Part shown: one piece after another, positions 32,618-42,236 of the stretch | Position numbering within the stretch: position 1 is the stretch's first letter | Layout: every line of letters starts with the position of its first letter | Origin: an uncultured delta proteobacterium | GTDB lineage: Bacteria; Desulfobacterota; Binatia; UBA9968 | Assembly (NCBI GenBank): GCA_963745035.1 | Contig: CAVUVW010000001.1 | Span: 1 to 48,284, forward strand | Length of the DNA stretch: 48,284 nucleotides | Reading direction: 5' to 3' | Position numbers and translations under genes: made by a program | The notes under the pieces: generated by a model | What the model was told of the DNA's origin: nothing | What the model saw: only the letters and a program-made list of their open reading frames with translations | Database searches by the model: none

Positions 32618-34054
32618 ATGCCTTCCCTCGCTTTCCTGATCGATTTTGGCAGCACCTTCACTAAACTCGTTGCGGTCGACCTTGATGCGGCGCAATTGAT
32701 CGGCCGGTGCCAAGCGCCGTCGACTGTCGGCACCGACGTGCGCGACGGTTTGCTCGAAGCTCTCGCTGGTTTGCATGAGCGCTATTCTGTCTTCGACCGG
32801 AAACCGACGGACCTGTCTATTCTCCGAGGAAAAATCGTTTTTGCTTCGAGCAGCGCGGCCGGCGGTCTGCGCATCGCGGTCGTCGGCAATGTGCCGGGAT
32901 TGACGGTCGAGGCCGCGAACCAAGCCGCGCTCGGCGCGGGCGCGAAGATCGTCGGCTCGACGGCGTTCAAGCTCACGCATGAAAAAGTGCGCGAGCTTCA
33001 GGACCTTCGTCCGGACATGATCCTTTTGACCGGCGGGGTCGATGGCGGTGATGCCGCGACGATTTTGCATAACGCCGACCTGCTGGCCCAATCGGCGTTT
33101 TCAGCGCCGATCTTGGTGGGGGGCAACCATGTCGCGGCTGAACAAGTTGGCCATCTTCTCGCGCAAGGCGGCAAAGAAGCGCGCTTTGTCGACAATGTAA
33201 TGCCGCGCGCAGGAACCATCGACGTCGAGTCCGCGCGCGAAGAGATTCGCAAACTTTTCATGGAGCGCATTACCCACGCGAAGGGTTTGGATGACGTCAA
33301 GGAATTCGCCCCTGTCGTTTTGCCGACGCCGATGGCGGTCTTGGAAGGGATTCGCTTGGGCGCCGACGGCACGGCTGCGGAGCAAGGCTGGGGCGATATG
33401 CTAGTGGTCGACGTCGGCGGCGCGACGACGGACGTGCATTCCATCGGCAACGGCATACCGGCGGGGGAAAACGTCATCGCGCGCGGTCTGGCCGAGGCTT
33501 ACGCGAAGAGAACCGTTGAAGGTGATCTAGGCATCCGTTTCAATGCGGCAACCATTTTAGCGCGCATCGGACTGGAGAATCTTGCAGGCGCTTTGCGCCG
33601 CGACTTTCCGGCAGAAGCCGTATCCGACCAGGCCTTCAACGATTATGTCGAGGAGATCAGCACGGATACCGGCGCTGTGCCGCAGGCTCCATGGCATGCC
33701 GCGGCCGACGCAGTGCTCGCGCGAGCTGCGGTGGATCTCGCGGTGGTGCGTCACGTCGGCCGGCGCGAGAGAATCGTTGCTCGCGAAGGCGAAGCTTGGG
33801 TACACTCGGGAAAAGATTTGCGCGACACGCGCATCTTGATCGGCACGGGCGGTGTGTTTGTTCACAATCCGTTTGCCGCTTACATTCTTTCACAGCCGCC
33901 GGCCGGCGATGATCGCGTTCAAGCCCTACGGCCGCGACAACCGAATTTCTACATCGATTCTTCCTACCTGCTCTACGCCGTCGGACTGCTGACCGAAAGC
34001 CATCCCGACGCCGCGCTCCGGATCTTCAAGCGATATATCACGCGCATGGCCTGA
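32618..34054 (+). CDS. glmL: Methylaspartate (glutamate) mutase accessory/reactivating ATPase GlmL/MutL
   Basis: IDFGSTFTK, SSSAAGGL, LTGGVDGG, PTP, VDVGGATTDVHS, KRTVEGDLG. Confidence 0.88.
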   Translation: MPSLAFLIDFGSTFTKLVAVDLDAAQLIGRCQAPSTVGTDVRDGLLEALAGLHERYSVFDRKPTDLSILRGKIVFASSSAAGGLRIAVVGNVPGLTVEAANQAALGAGAKIVGSTAFKLTHEKVRELQDLRPDMILLTGGVDGGDAATILHNADLLAQSAFSAPILVGGNHVAAEQVGHLLAQGGKEARFVDNVMPRAGTIDVESAREEIRKLFMERITHAKGLDDVKEFAPVVLPTPMAVLEGIRLGADGTAAEQGWGDMLVVDVGGATTDVHSIGNGIPAGENVIARGLAEAYAKRTVEGDLGIRFNAATILARIGLENLAGALRRDFPAEAVSDQAFNDYVEEISTDTGAVPQAPWHAAADAVLARAAVDLAVVRHVGRRERIVAREGEAWVHSGKDLRDTRILIGTGGVFVHNPFAAYILSQPPAGDDRVQALRPRQPNFYIDSSYLLYAVGLLTESHPDAALRIFKRYITRMA

Positions 34055-34067
34055 GCCGAAGTTCGAC

Positions 34068-34181
34068 GGGCATATGCCATACGCCCCTACAAAATTTCTG
34101 GATTCCGGGTCGCGCTAGCTTCGCCAGCTTGCCCGGAATGACGATCGAATTATGTCGCGATCTTCTGAGTCACCACCCTAG
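34068..34181 (-). repeat. Composite repeat: GTAG-type REP (GTAGGGGCGTATGGCATATGCCC) next to a CTAG-ended MITE-like unit containing CGTCATTCCGGGC...CCCGGAATCCA
   Basis: Palindromes read directly between convergent glmL and LLM genes. Confidence 0.7.
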
Positions 34182-34201
34182 CGGGCTACCGATATCTTCG
34201 C

Positions 34202-35077
34202 CTACCGGACTCGGGCGGCGATTTCGGCGAGTAAATCCATCTGCTCCAGATCCTCGGCGCAAGGACGCAGGATGAACTCATCGACGCCCATGTCGGCCTG
34301 GCGTTTAATTGCGTCCGTGACAGAAGCGGTCGAAGCGGGCAGTGTACGCAAGCGTTTCGCGGCGAGGTCCGGATTGTAGCCGTAGTTGGCGCCGATGTAT
34401 CGGTTGGCGTGATCGGCGGATTTCGGCCCGAGCGCGAAATAGCTCGCGCCGACCCAGCGCGGCTTTCCTTGTCGCCCGGCTTGTTGCCACGCGTTTTCGA
34501 TCTCGCGCCACATTTTGAGCATCGCCTCGGGCTCGCCGCCGCCGGGCGCCATGTAGCCATCGCCCCATTTGGCGATGCGCTCCACAATCGCCGGCACGTA
34601 GCCGCCGATCAGCATCTCCGGCCCGCCAGGCCGCGGCGATGTCGGCCCAATCACGCCCACATCGCTAGAAAGCGCTTCACCGGCCCACAGCCGGCGTAAC
34701 AAAGAGAACTGTTCTTCGGATTTCTTGCCGCGCCGGTGAAAATCGTTGCCCGTCGCCGTGTAGTCGTTCTTCCGCACGCCGATGCCGACTCCCAACGTGA
34801 GCCTGCCGCCCGAGATCACGTCGATGGTCGCCGCTTGCCGCGCGAGGAGCGTGGTTTCCCGCGTCGGACCGATCACAACGCTGGTCATGAGACGGATGCG
34901 CCGGGTCGCTCCAGCAGCCAGCGCCAAAACCGAAAGCGGCTCTAACGATTGAGATACGACCCGATCAGTGACTACGAGACTCGAGAAAGGCCCCTGTTCG
35001 GCCCGCGCGGCCCACTCCAACATCAATTCGCCGGACGCGGCGGGGACGCGGCTCGGCAGTCCGATGGCGATGCGCAT
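34202..35077 (-). CDS. LLM-class flavin-dependent oxidoreductase (luciferase-like)
   Basis: MRIAIGLP, AAGATRRIRL, GGRLTLGVGIG. Confidence 0.92.
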   Translation of the reverse strand: MRIAIGLPSRVPAASGELMLEWAARAEQGPFSSLVVTDRVVSQSLEPLSVLALAAGATRRIRLMTSVVIGPTRETTLLARQAATIDVISGGRLTLGVGIGVRKNDYTATGNDFHRRGKKSEEQFSLLRRLWAGEALSSDVGVIGPTSPRPGGPEMLIGGYVPAIVERIAKWGDGYMAPGGGEPEAMLKMWREIENAWQQAGRQGKPRWVGASYFALGPKSADHANRYIGANYGYNPDLAAKRLRTLPASTASVTDAIKRQADMGVDEFILRPCAEDLEQMDLLAEIAARVR

Positions 35078-35210
35078 GAAAACCTCCCGGTTGACGAATA
35101 CTTCGACGTTGAATCTACCGTGAAAATATCGAGTCGCGCTAGCGGATGTCAAACTTGTGGTCGGCAAGTTTCCAGCGTTCATGCTATGTTGGGATCGAGG
35201 ACGAATCTCA

Positions 35211-37031
35211 GTGGTCCCGTGGTTGCAACAGTGGCGGAAGATCCGCACATCATTCACGCATACGCCCCAGGCGCTCAAGCTGGTGTGGGAAGCCAATCCA
35301 GTCGCCACGGTGGGATTAGGTTTTCTCACGCTGGGCGGAGCATTGCTGCCTGCGACCCAGGCTTGGGTCGGCAAGCTGATCGTCGATGGCGTGGTGGCAT
35401 CCATCCAGGGAGGGCAGGATGCCGAGCAAGTGAGGTCGGTTTTTTATTATCTCGTCCTCGAGCTGATCCTTTTTCTGCTCAGCGCCGCGATCAATCATTC
35501 GCGCCGCCTGATCCAGCAGCTCATCCAGCTCCAACTCGCCAATAGAATTCGCGCCCAGATCATCCGCAAAGCGCTGACGTTGGACATGGCCTTTTTCGAG
35601 CATCCGGACTTCTATGACAAGTTGCAGAACGCGCGTCGCGAAGGCGGCTACAAACCCGTCGAGCTGATCAACGACACGTTTCAGATCGTGCAAAACGTCA
35701 TCACGATGATCTCCTTCGCCATCCTGATGCTGCGCTTCAGCCCATGGCTCGTGCTGATTCTGCTCGCGACCAGCATCCCGGCGTTCATCGCCGAGACGCG
35801 TTTTTCGGAGCAGGGCTTCCGGTTGCTTACGCGCCGAGCGCCGGAGACGCGGCAGATCAACTACCTGTCAAGGCTGTTGACCGAAGACAGCGCGGCGAAA
35901 GAGATCAAACTCTTCAACCTGGGCGACAAACTGCTGGAGCGTTACACAACCCTATTCGCGAAATTTTTTGCGGAAGACAAGGCGCTCGCGGTGCGGCGCG
36001 CCGCGGTCGGGTTTAGCCTCGGCCTGATCGCTACCATGGGATTCTACGGGTCTTATGCGTGGATCGTTTGGCGCACCGTGCAAGGCAGCATCTCGTTGGG
36101 GGACATGACGCTTTATCTGACGATCTTTCGCCAAGGGCAATCTACATTTCAGTCAATCCTCGCCGCCGTCGGCAATATTTACGCGAACAATCTGTTCATG
36201 GCCAATTATTTCGAGTTTCTCGACATCGAGCCGAAGATGCAGGTCGCCGCGCCGGCGAAGAAATTGCCGGTCAGTATGGCTCGCGGCATCGAGTTTCGCG
36301 GCGTCGGCTTTCGCTATCCGGAAAGCGAGGAATGGGTGCTGCGCGATATCGATCTCACTATCCGTCCGGGAGAAAAGATCGCGTTGGTCGGGCACAACGG
36401 CGCGGGCAAGACGACCTTGATCAAGTTGCTGAGCCGGCTCTACGATCCCACCGAGGGCGTCGTCTTGCTCGACGGCATGGATGTTCGCGATATCGACCCC
36501 AAGGACTTACGGCAAAAGATCGGCGTAATATTTCAAGACTTCGTGCGCTATCATATGCCCGCCAGCGAAAACATCGGATTCGGCCAGATCGAAGCGGCGC
36601 ATCAAATGGAGAAGATCGTCGAAGCGGCGCGCAAGAGCGGCGCGCATGCGATGATCGAAAATCTGCCTGAAGGTTATCAGACCATGCTCGGCCGCTGGTT
36701 TCACGGCGGGCACGAACTCTCCCTCGGCCAATGGCAGCGCATCGCGCTCGCGCGTGCGTTCATGCGCGACGCCGAAATCCTGGTCCTGGATGAGCCTACC
36801 GCCTCGTTGGACGCGCAAACCGAATATGAGATCTTTCGCCATTTTCAGGAACTGACTGAAGGAAAGATGGCGATACTGATCTCGCACCGTTTCTCGACCG
36901 TGCGCATGGCGGACCGGATCGTCGTCATCGAGAACGGGCGGATTGCCGAAATGGGCAGCCATCAGGAACTGCTGCGCCACGAAGGCACATACGCTCGGCT
37001 GTTCAGCATGCAGGCGGAGGGGTACCGATAA
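35211..37031 (+). CDS. ABC exporter, fused permease and ATPase
   Basis: TM domain plus GHNGAGKTT, LSLGQWQR, LDEPT, ISHR; start uncertain. Confidence 0.93.
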   Translation: MVPWLQQWRKIRTSFTHTPQALKLVWEANPVATVGLGFLTLGGALLPATQAWVGKLIVDGVVASIQGGQDAEQVRSVFYYLVLELILFLLSAAINHSRRLIQQLIQLQLANRIRAQIIRKALTLDMAFFEHPDFYDKLQNARREGGYKPVELINDTFQIVQNVITMISFAILMLRFSPWLVLILLATSIPAFIAETRFSEQGFRLLTRRAPETRQINYLSRLLTEDSAAKEIKLFNLGDKLLERYTTLFAKFFAEDKALAVRRAAVGFSLGLIATMGFYGSYAWIVWRTVQGSISLGDMTLYLTIFRQGQSTFQSILAAVGNIYANNLFMANYFEFLDIEPKMQVAAPAKKLPVSMARGIEFRGVGFRYPESEEWVLRDIDLTIRPGEKIALVGHNGAGKTTLIKLLSRLYDPTEGVVLLDGMDVRDIDPKDLRQKIGVIFQDFVRYHMPASENIGFGQIEAAHQMEKIVEAARKSGAHAMIENLPEGYQTMLGRWFHGGHELSLGQWQRIALARAFMRDAEILVLDEPTASLDAQTEYEIFRHFQELTEGKMAILISHRFSTVRMADRIVVIENGRIAEMGSHQELLRHEGTYARLFSMQAEGYR

Positions 37032-37041
37032 GAACTCAGGA

Positions 37042-37080
37042 CGTTCAAGCCGTTCAAAACGTTCAAATCGTTCAAGGCGT
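37042..37080. repeat. Tandem 9-bp repeat (CGTTCAANN) x4
   Basis: cgttcaagc cgttcaaaa cgttcaaat cgttcaagg cgt. Confidence 0.85.
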
Positions 37081-37115
37081 CAGGGTCGGAAGATAATCGC
37101 AGGTGGGAGGCGTTA

Positions 37116-38096
37116 ATGAAGCGAAGGCAAACTTACATCGTAACTCTCGTCATATTATTCTCGGCTCCACTGGGAATTTGCAGCGCGGAGCCTTTTCGCG
37201 TCGGGTTTCCGTCGCTCGCCACCGGCTTCGCGCCCTCCTGGGTGGCGGCCGACAAGGGGATCTGGAAAAAGCATGGACTCGACGTGGAGCTGATTTTCCT
37301 GCGCGGCGGAGCGCGCACCGTGGCGGCGATGATCGGGGGCAGCGTCGATTTTATTATCGGGTCCGATCTCGGTGCGACCACGGCGATTCTTCAGGGCGCG
37401 AACATCACCCGAGTCGGGGTGACGACCAACACGCTCGGTTACTCCATGGTTAGCCAGCCGTCCGTCAAAACCGTGCGCGATCTGAAAGGCAAGATCATCG
37501 GTATCACGCCCGGGCGCGACGCCGCTTACGCCCGAGTGGTGAAGCTTCTGCGCGACAACGGCATGGACGCGAGCAAGGATGTGACCTTTCTCTCGGTCGG
37601 CGACGGCGGGCCCGCCGCGCGGGTGGCGGCTTTATCCAGCGGCGTTATTCACGCGACGATGTTCACGCCGCCTTCGGACATGATCTCGGAGAAAGCCGGC
37701 ATGCGCATTTTGACCAAGATCGATGTGGCGAACGTCGGCGGCGGATTGAATACCACGATGGCGGCTGTGCAGAAAAATCGCGCGCAGATGCTGCGCTTCT
37801 TGCGCGGCTACATGGAAGCGATTCATTACTTGAAGAACAACAAGGACGAGAGCCTGAGGATATTCTCCAAGTACGTGCGCAATCCGGATCTCGCCATCAT
37901 GGCGTATCTTTACGAGGAGATCTCGACGCGCGTCGAGCGCAGCTTGCGCCCGCAGTCCGACGCGGTGCGCGCGCTGTTGGAATTGGCCGCTTTGGATTTT
38001 CCGCAGGCCAAGCGATTGAGCGAGAAGGATAATTGGGATTTGAGTTTGATCGACGAGATCCAAAAATCGGGATTCTTGGATCAGTTATACAAATAG
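37116..38096 (+). CDS. Orphan NMT1/SsuA-like substrate-binding protein
   Basis: RBS GGAGG, signal peptide, KKHGLDVEL, DLKGKIIG, SGFLDQLYK. Confidence 0.88.
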   Translation: MKRRQTYIVTLVILFSAPLGICSAEPFRVGFPSLATGFAPSWVAADKGIWKKHGLDVELIFLRGGARTVAAMIGGSVDFIIGSDLGATTAILQGANITRVGVTTNTLGYSMVSQPSVKTVRDLKGKIIGITPGRDAAYARVVKLLRDNGMDASKDVTFLSVGDGGPAARVAALSSGVIHATMFTPPSDMISEKAGMRILTKIDVANVGGGLNTTMAAVQKNRAQMLRFLRGYMEAIHYLKNNKDESLRIFSKYVRNPDLAIMAYLYEEISTRVERSLRPQSDAVRALLELAALDFPQAKRLSEKDNWDLSLIDEIQKSGFLDQLYK

Positions 38097-38155
38097 ACGC
38101 GCTTGCGCGAGCGTGTGACCGCACAATTTCCACGCTATTGCCTCCCACAAGTTTG

Positions 38156-38232
38156 CCCTTCCCCTTTTTTTAAAAGAAGGGATCAAAGCAGCCGAAAACA
38201 ATTCCCTTTTGGAAAAAGGGTTAAAGGGGTTT
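38156..38232. repeat. Degenerate CCCCCTTT..AAAGGGG-type palindromic doublet
   Basis: CCCTTCCCCTTTTTTTAAAAGAAGGG ... CCCTTTTGGAAAAAGGG..AAAGGGG. Confidence 0.5.
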
Positions 38233-38544
38233 TGACCGCGAGTCCGGCTTATCCTGGTGTACTTTTAGATGAACTTCTGAAACAGGACACCAATCCGGCA
38301 GTCGCGCCGATTGCTGCGAACTCACAGGAAGAGTTTCGGATGCGTTTAGCTTGGGCCTATCCGATCGACAACCTCCACTGAGCGCGGAGCGGCGCGCCTG
38401 CGACAAGCTCGAGCACGGCGAACCGCCGCAGTGCTCGAGCAAGCGCTTGCTGCGGGGCACGCCTCATGCCCAGCCAGGAAAACTGCCCCGATGAGGTCGT
38501 GCCAACCGGATGAAATAGGGGTTGCAGGGTCGCCGAAAGATCGA

Positions 38545-38712
38545 CTAATTGCCTGTTGATTCGAATTCCGGTTCAGGCTTCGGCTTAGGCTTGGGCGCCG
38601 GCTTTGGTGCGGGCTCTTCCTGTGCCTGGCTGAGCGAAACGGTTGCGTTGATCACCGGGAGCCCCAACTGCAAGGCATAGATAAAGGATGTCAACAAAAC
38701 TATTTTTTTCAT
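38545..38712 (-). CDS. 55-aa secreted proline-rich peptide (…SQA-QEEPAPKPAPKPKPKPEPEFESTGN)
   Basis: RBS GGAGG, MKK plus hydrophobic signal peptide. Confidence 0.7.
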   Translation of the reverse strand: MKKIVLLTSFIYALQLGLPVINATVSLSQAQEEPAPKPAPKPKPKPEPEFESTGN

Positions 38713-38749
38713 GAGATTCCTCCAAGGGTTATTTTTAGAAACGCTGAAC

Positions 38750-38875
38750 TCACTCTCCACCACCGCCTTTAGACCCACTCGACTGTGACGGTTCACCGCT
38801 GTCTTGAGCTACTTCGGGACAACCAGTAAGCGCCAGCAGGGATACCAGCAAAACAGCGCTGCAGGTTGTTTTCAC
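38750..38875 (-). CDS. 41-aa lipoprotein MKTTCSAVLLVSLLALTGCPEVAQDSGEPSQSSGSKGGGGE (not in ORF track)
   Basis: Hand translation; lipobox LTGC; AAGGAGG upstream; GTG start (the better-spaced ATG is 1 nt out of frame). Confidence 0.6.
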   Translation of the reverse strand: MKTTCSAVLLVSLLALTGCPEVAQDSGEPSQSSGSKGGGGE

Positions 38876-38944
38876 AATTCATCGGCTTTCCTCCTTCTTG
38901 ATGTTGTCGTACGCCTCTCGGGAGGCGCCGCGGTCGGTGGTGCC

Positions 38945-38959
38945 GCAATTGCGATGCCA
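38945..38959 (-). promoter_or_regulatory. sigma54 promoter TGGCAT-CGCAA-TTGC
   Basis: Near-consensus -24/-12 box divergent from the HK/NtrC-family pair. Confidence 0.75.
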
Positions 38960-39106
38960 TTATTATGGGAGTCGATAACGCCGCCAAATCAACGAAGTAA
39001 ATATTGGGGGCGCGATGCCACGGTGTTGCAAGTTGAGATAGCCGGTGATGGTTCGGCAGTAGCGGTCGTTCGATTCCCTAGAAATCTATCGTGTTTTGCG
39101 TCATCG

Positions 39107-39155
39107 TTGCAGAAGACAACGCGCTGCGGCAAATTGCGACGTTGCGACTTTGCAG
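39107..39155. promoter_or_regulatory. Candidate enhancer (UAS) for a sigma54 activator
   Basis: Clustered imperfect palindromes such as TGCGGCAAATTGCGAC and GTTGCGACTTTGCA about 150-200 bp from the sigma54 box. Confidence 0.4.
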
Positions 39156-39180
39156 TGATTGATTCGAACTTGGCTCGGAC

Positions 39181-40722
39181 ATGAAACTCGGAACAAAGCT
39201 CATTCTTAGTTTGGTGGCGACATCGATCATCACCATGCTCTGCCACGGCTATCTGAGCATACAGCAGGACAGAGAAAACATTTTGAGAGAGATGCGCGTC
39301 GGCATGATCGGCCTCGGCCGTACCCTCCAAGCCGCACTGCGATTCATTTACGGCGATGCGCGCGACATCAAGGCAACTCAAAGCTTGATCGACGGGGTGG
39401 GACGGACCGGCAACATCCATGGCGTAGTCGTCTACGACCAAGCAGCCACACGAGTGGTGACCTCGGCGTCCTTGGCCGACAGCCCGGATTATCCCAATCT
39501 CGATGCCAGGCCGGTATTGAGCATCGACCCGCGAGAAGCGCTGCGCAGCGGTAATCTCGTCGAGGGTTACATCGAACACCCGGCGCATCCCGTCTACTAT
39601 CGGATCGAGCCGATCATCGACAGTCAAAACCAAGTCGTAGGCGCTGTTGTTCTTGGACGGCGCGGCTTGGGTTTTACCCAGGTCCTGGACGCCAGACGCA
39701 ATCGAATCGTCTTGACCACCTCGATTCTGATCGCCGTTCTTTCGCTATTTATTCTCTTGCTAGTGCGGCGCAACGTTTCCCGTCCGATCCAGGAACTGAT
39801 TCACCGCATTCGGAGCATCGGAGAAGGGCAATGGGAGAAGCGCATCGATGTTCGCGGCAACAATGAAATCAGCTCGCTGGCGCGCGAATTCAATCGCATG
39901 TGCGGCAGGCTGGAGGATATCTATGGCAGGCTCGTGAAGGAACAGCAGGACAGGCTGGGCCTGGAGCGCAACCTGCGCCAATCGGACAAACTGGCTTCGG
40001 TTGGCCAACTCGCGGCGGGGCTGGCGCACGAGATCGGCACCCCGCTCAATATCATCGGCGGGCGCGCCGAGTTTCTTCTGCGCCGACCGCGCAGCGATCA
40101 AGAGATCGGCCAGGGCCTGCAAATCATCCGCTCACAAATCGACCGCATCACCGGCATTGTCCGCCAGCTTCTGGAATTTTCCCGGCGCCGGGAACCGGCG
40201 TTTCGAACCCTCGAGCTGCTGCCATTACTGCAGAAGGTGACGATGCTTCTGGAACACAAGATCGTCGATAAAGGAGTGAACGTAAGGCTGGATCTTCCCA
40301 AAACTTTGCCGGCGATCCAGGCCGACCCCGATCAGTTGCAGCAGGTGTTCATCAACCTCTTTCTCAATTCTCTCCATGCTTTGCAGCGCGGCGGAACGAT
40401 TACGGTCAGATCCGCGACGGGTCGTAGTGACCGTGGAAACGGCGCCGCGCCCGCGGCGGGCGACAAGGTCGCCATTGAATTCGAAGACAACGGCGCCGGT
40501 ATTGCCGCGGAGCATCTCGGCCAAGTTTTCGATCCGTTTTTCACGACCAAGGATATCGGCGAGGGAACCGGGCTCGGTCTATCAGTGAGTTACGGGATTA
40601 TCAAAGATCACGGCGGGGAAATCCGCGTCGAAAGCCAGGAGGGCAGATTTACTCGGTTCACCATTGTTCTCCCCGCTGAAACTCATGTCGCCTATCCGGC
40701 AATGAGATCCGCCGCCGTTTAG
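39181..40722 (+). CDS. HAMP-domain sensor histidine kinase (NtrB/AtoS-like)
   Basis: Two TM segments, HAMP, LAHEIGTPLN, NLFLNS, DNGAGI, FFTTK, GTGLGL. Confidence 0.95.
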   Translation: MKLGTKLILSLVATSIITMLCHGYLSIQQDRENILREMRVGMIGLGRTLQAALRFIYGDARDIKATQSLIDGVGRTGNIHGVVVYDQAATRVVTSASLADSPDYPNLDARPVLSIDPREALRSGNLVEGYIEHPAHPVYYRIEPIIDSQNQVVGAVVLGRRGLGFTQVLDARRNRIVLTTSILIAVLSLFILLLVRRNVSRPIQELIHRIRSIGEGQWEKRIDVRGNNEISSLAREFNRMCGRLEDIYGRLVKEQQDRLGLERNLRQSDKLASVGQLAAGLAHEIGTPLNIIGGRAEFLLRRPRSDQEIGQGLQIIRSQIDRITGIVRQLLEFSRRREPAFRTLELLPLLQKVTMLLEHKIVDKGVNVRLDLPKTLPAIQADPDQLQQVFINLFLNSLHALQRGGTITVRSATGRSDRGNGAAPAAGDKVAIEFEDNGAGIAAEHLGQVFDPFFTTKDIGEGTGLGLSVSYGIIKDHGGEIRVESQEGRFTRFTIVLPAETHVAYPAMRSAAV

Positions 40723-40729
40723 CAATCTC

Positions 40730-42109
40730 ATGATTCCAGAACCGAACGCCAGACCGGCGCATATTTTGATCGTCGAGGACGATCGGGCCATGTGCCAGCT
40801 GCTTTTCGATCTGCTACGCGAGGACGGGTACGCGGTCGATGTGGCCCACGACGGCGAATCGGCGATTGAGAAGCACAGAACCGCGCGGTACGAGTTGACG
40901 ATCACCGATCTCATGATGCCCAAGATGAAGGGCATCGAGCTGATTCAGAGACTGCGTGAGGTCGACGGCGCCGCGCCCGTGCTGCTAATCACCGCATTCG
41001 GCACCATCGAGAGCGCTGTCGATGCCATGCGCGCGGGAGCATTCCACTACGTGACCAAACCCTTTCGCAACGATGAGATTTTGATCCAGGTGAAACGCGC
41101 GCTCGAACAACAACGACTCCATAAGGAACTCAAGCGTTTGCGCACCGAAGTCCAGGCGCGCGAACGTTTTCAGAACATTATCGGACAAAGCCAAACGATG
41201 CAGAAAGTGTTCGAGACCATCGCTCAAATCAGCGATCTGCCGGCCAATTTGTTGATCGAAGGGGAGAGCGGAACCGGTAAGGAGATCATCGCTCGGGCGA
41301 TTCATTTCAACAGCGCGCGGGCGACCGGCCCGTTCGTTGCGGTCAATTGCGCCGCGATACCGGAGAATCTTTTGGAGAGTGAATTGTTCGGTTATGTGCG
41401 CGGTGCTTTTACCGACGCCAGAAAGGACCGCCGGGGTCTGTTTCAAGAGGCCAGCGGCGGAATCTTGTTTCTGGACGAAATCAGTGAAATGCCGCTGGGC
41501 CTGCAGGCGAAGCTGCTGCGTGTCTTGGAAGACAAAGAAGTGCGCCCGTTGGGCGCGAATCAAGCGGAAAAGGTTGATGCCCGCGTGGTCTCGGCGAGCA
41601 ATCAACGACTCGAAGACTGCGTGCGCGCGGGCAGGTTCCGCCAGGACTTGTTCTATCGCCTAAATGTCATTCGCATCGAGCTTCCGCCATTGCGTGAAAG
41701 GAGCGAAGACATTCCTCTGCTGGTGAATCATTTCATCGAGAAGTTCACGCCTGATGCAAAGCGTCCCGTGGAAGGGATTCATCCGGAGGCATTGGCTGCC
41801 CTAAAGAGCCACGACTGGCCGGGGAACATCCGCGAGCTTGAGCATGTTATCGAACGCGCGGTACTCCTCGGCAAAGGACCGAACATTACGCCGGAGGATT
41901 TGCCGGGTCACTTGATGACACGCGGCGAAGGTACTTTTGTCGTCGCGCAGGCTCTCGCCAAGCAGCTCACGCTGCACGACCTCGAGCGTGAGTACATCGC
42001 CAAAGTGTTGGAACGAACCCACGGCAATAAAACCGAAGCCGCAAGAATTCTAGGAGTCGATCGGACGACGCTTTATCGCAAGCTGGAAGAATACAAGTTC
42101 AAGGAATGA
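40730..42109 (+). CDS. sigma54-dependent response regulator (AtoC/ZraR/NtrC family)
   Basis: REC domain, [31 protein letters not shown], Fis-type HTH. Confidence 0.96.
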   Translation: MIPEPNARPAHILIVEDDRAMCQLLFDLLREDGYAVDVAHDGESAIEKHRTARYELTITDLMMPKMKGIELIQRLREVDGAAPVLLITAFGTIESAVDAMRAGAFHYVTKPFRNDEILIQVKRALEQQRLHKELKRLRTEVQARERFQNIIGQSQTMQKVFETIAQISDLPANLLIEGESGTGKEIIARAIHFNSARATGPFVAVNCAAIPENLLESELFGYVRGAFTDARKDRRGLFQEASGGILFLDEISEMPLGLQAKLLRVLEDKEVRPLGANQAEKVDARVVSASNQRLEDCVRAGRFRQDLFYRLNVIRIELPPLRERSEDIPLLVNHFIEKFTPDAKRPVEGIHPEALAALKSHDWPGNIRELEHVIERAVLLGKGPNITPEDLPGHLMTRGEGTFVVAQALAKQLTLHDLEREYIAKVLERTHGNKTEAARILGVDRTTLYRKLEEYKFKE

Positions 42110-42236
42110 GGAGCGACGGCATTGTCGGGGGAAATCCTTCTCCGGTCCTTCAGCCAAGGATGCAAATTCGCATCGACACTAGGTTTGCGCTCTTTTACGA
42201 AACTGGTTCGTTGCGTAATTTGCCTGTTCAGCGCGC

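Noticed and set aside
30272-37080. 9-bp arrays as CRISPR repeats
   Set aside because: Units are far too short, with no spacers and no cas genes
38480-38530. Hammerhead-like words (CCGATGAG...GAAA)
   Set aside because: The core deviates from CUGAUGA and the stems do not form in the required arrangement
41380-41420. GAFTDA instead of GAFTGA in the sigma54 activator
   Set aside because: A common natural variant in AtoC-like activators; not evidence of lost function on its own
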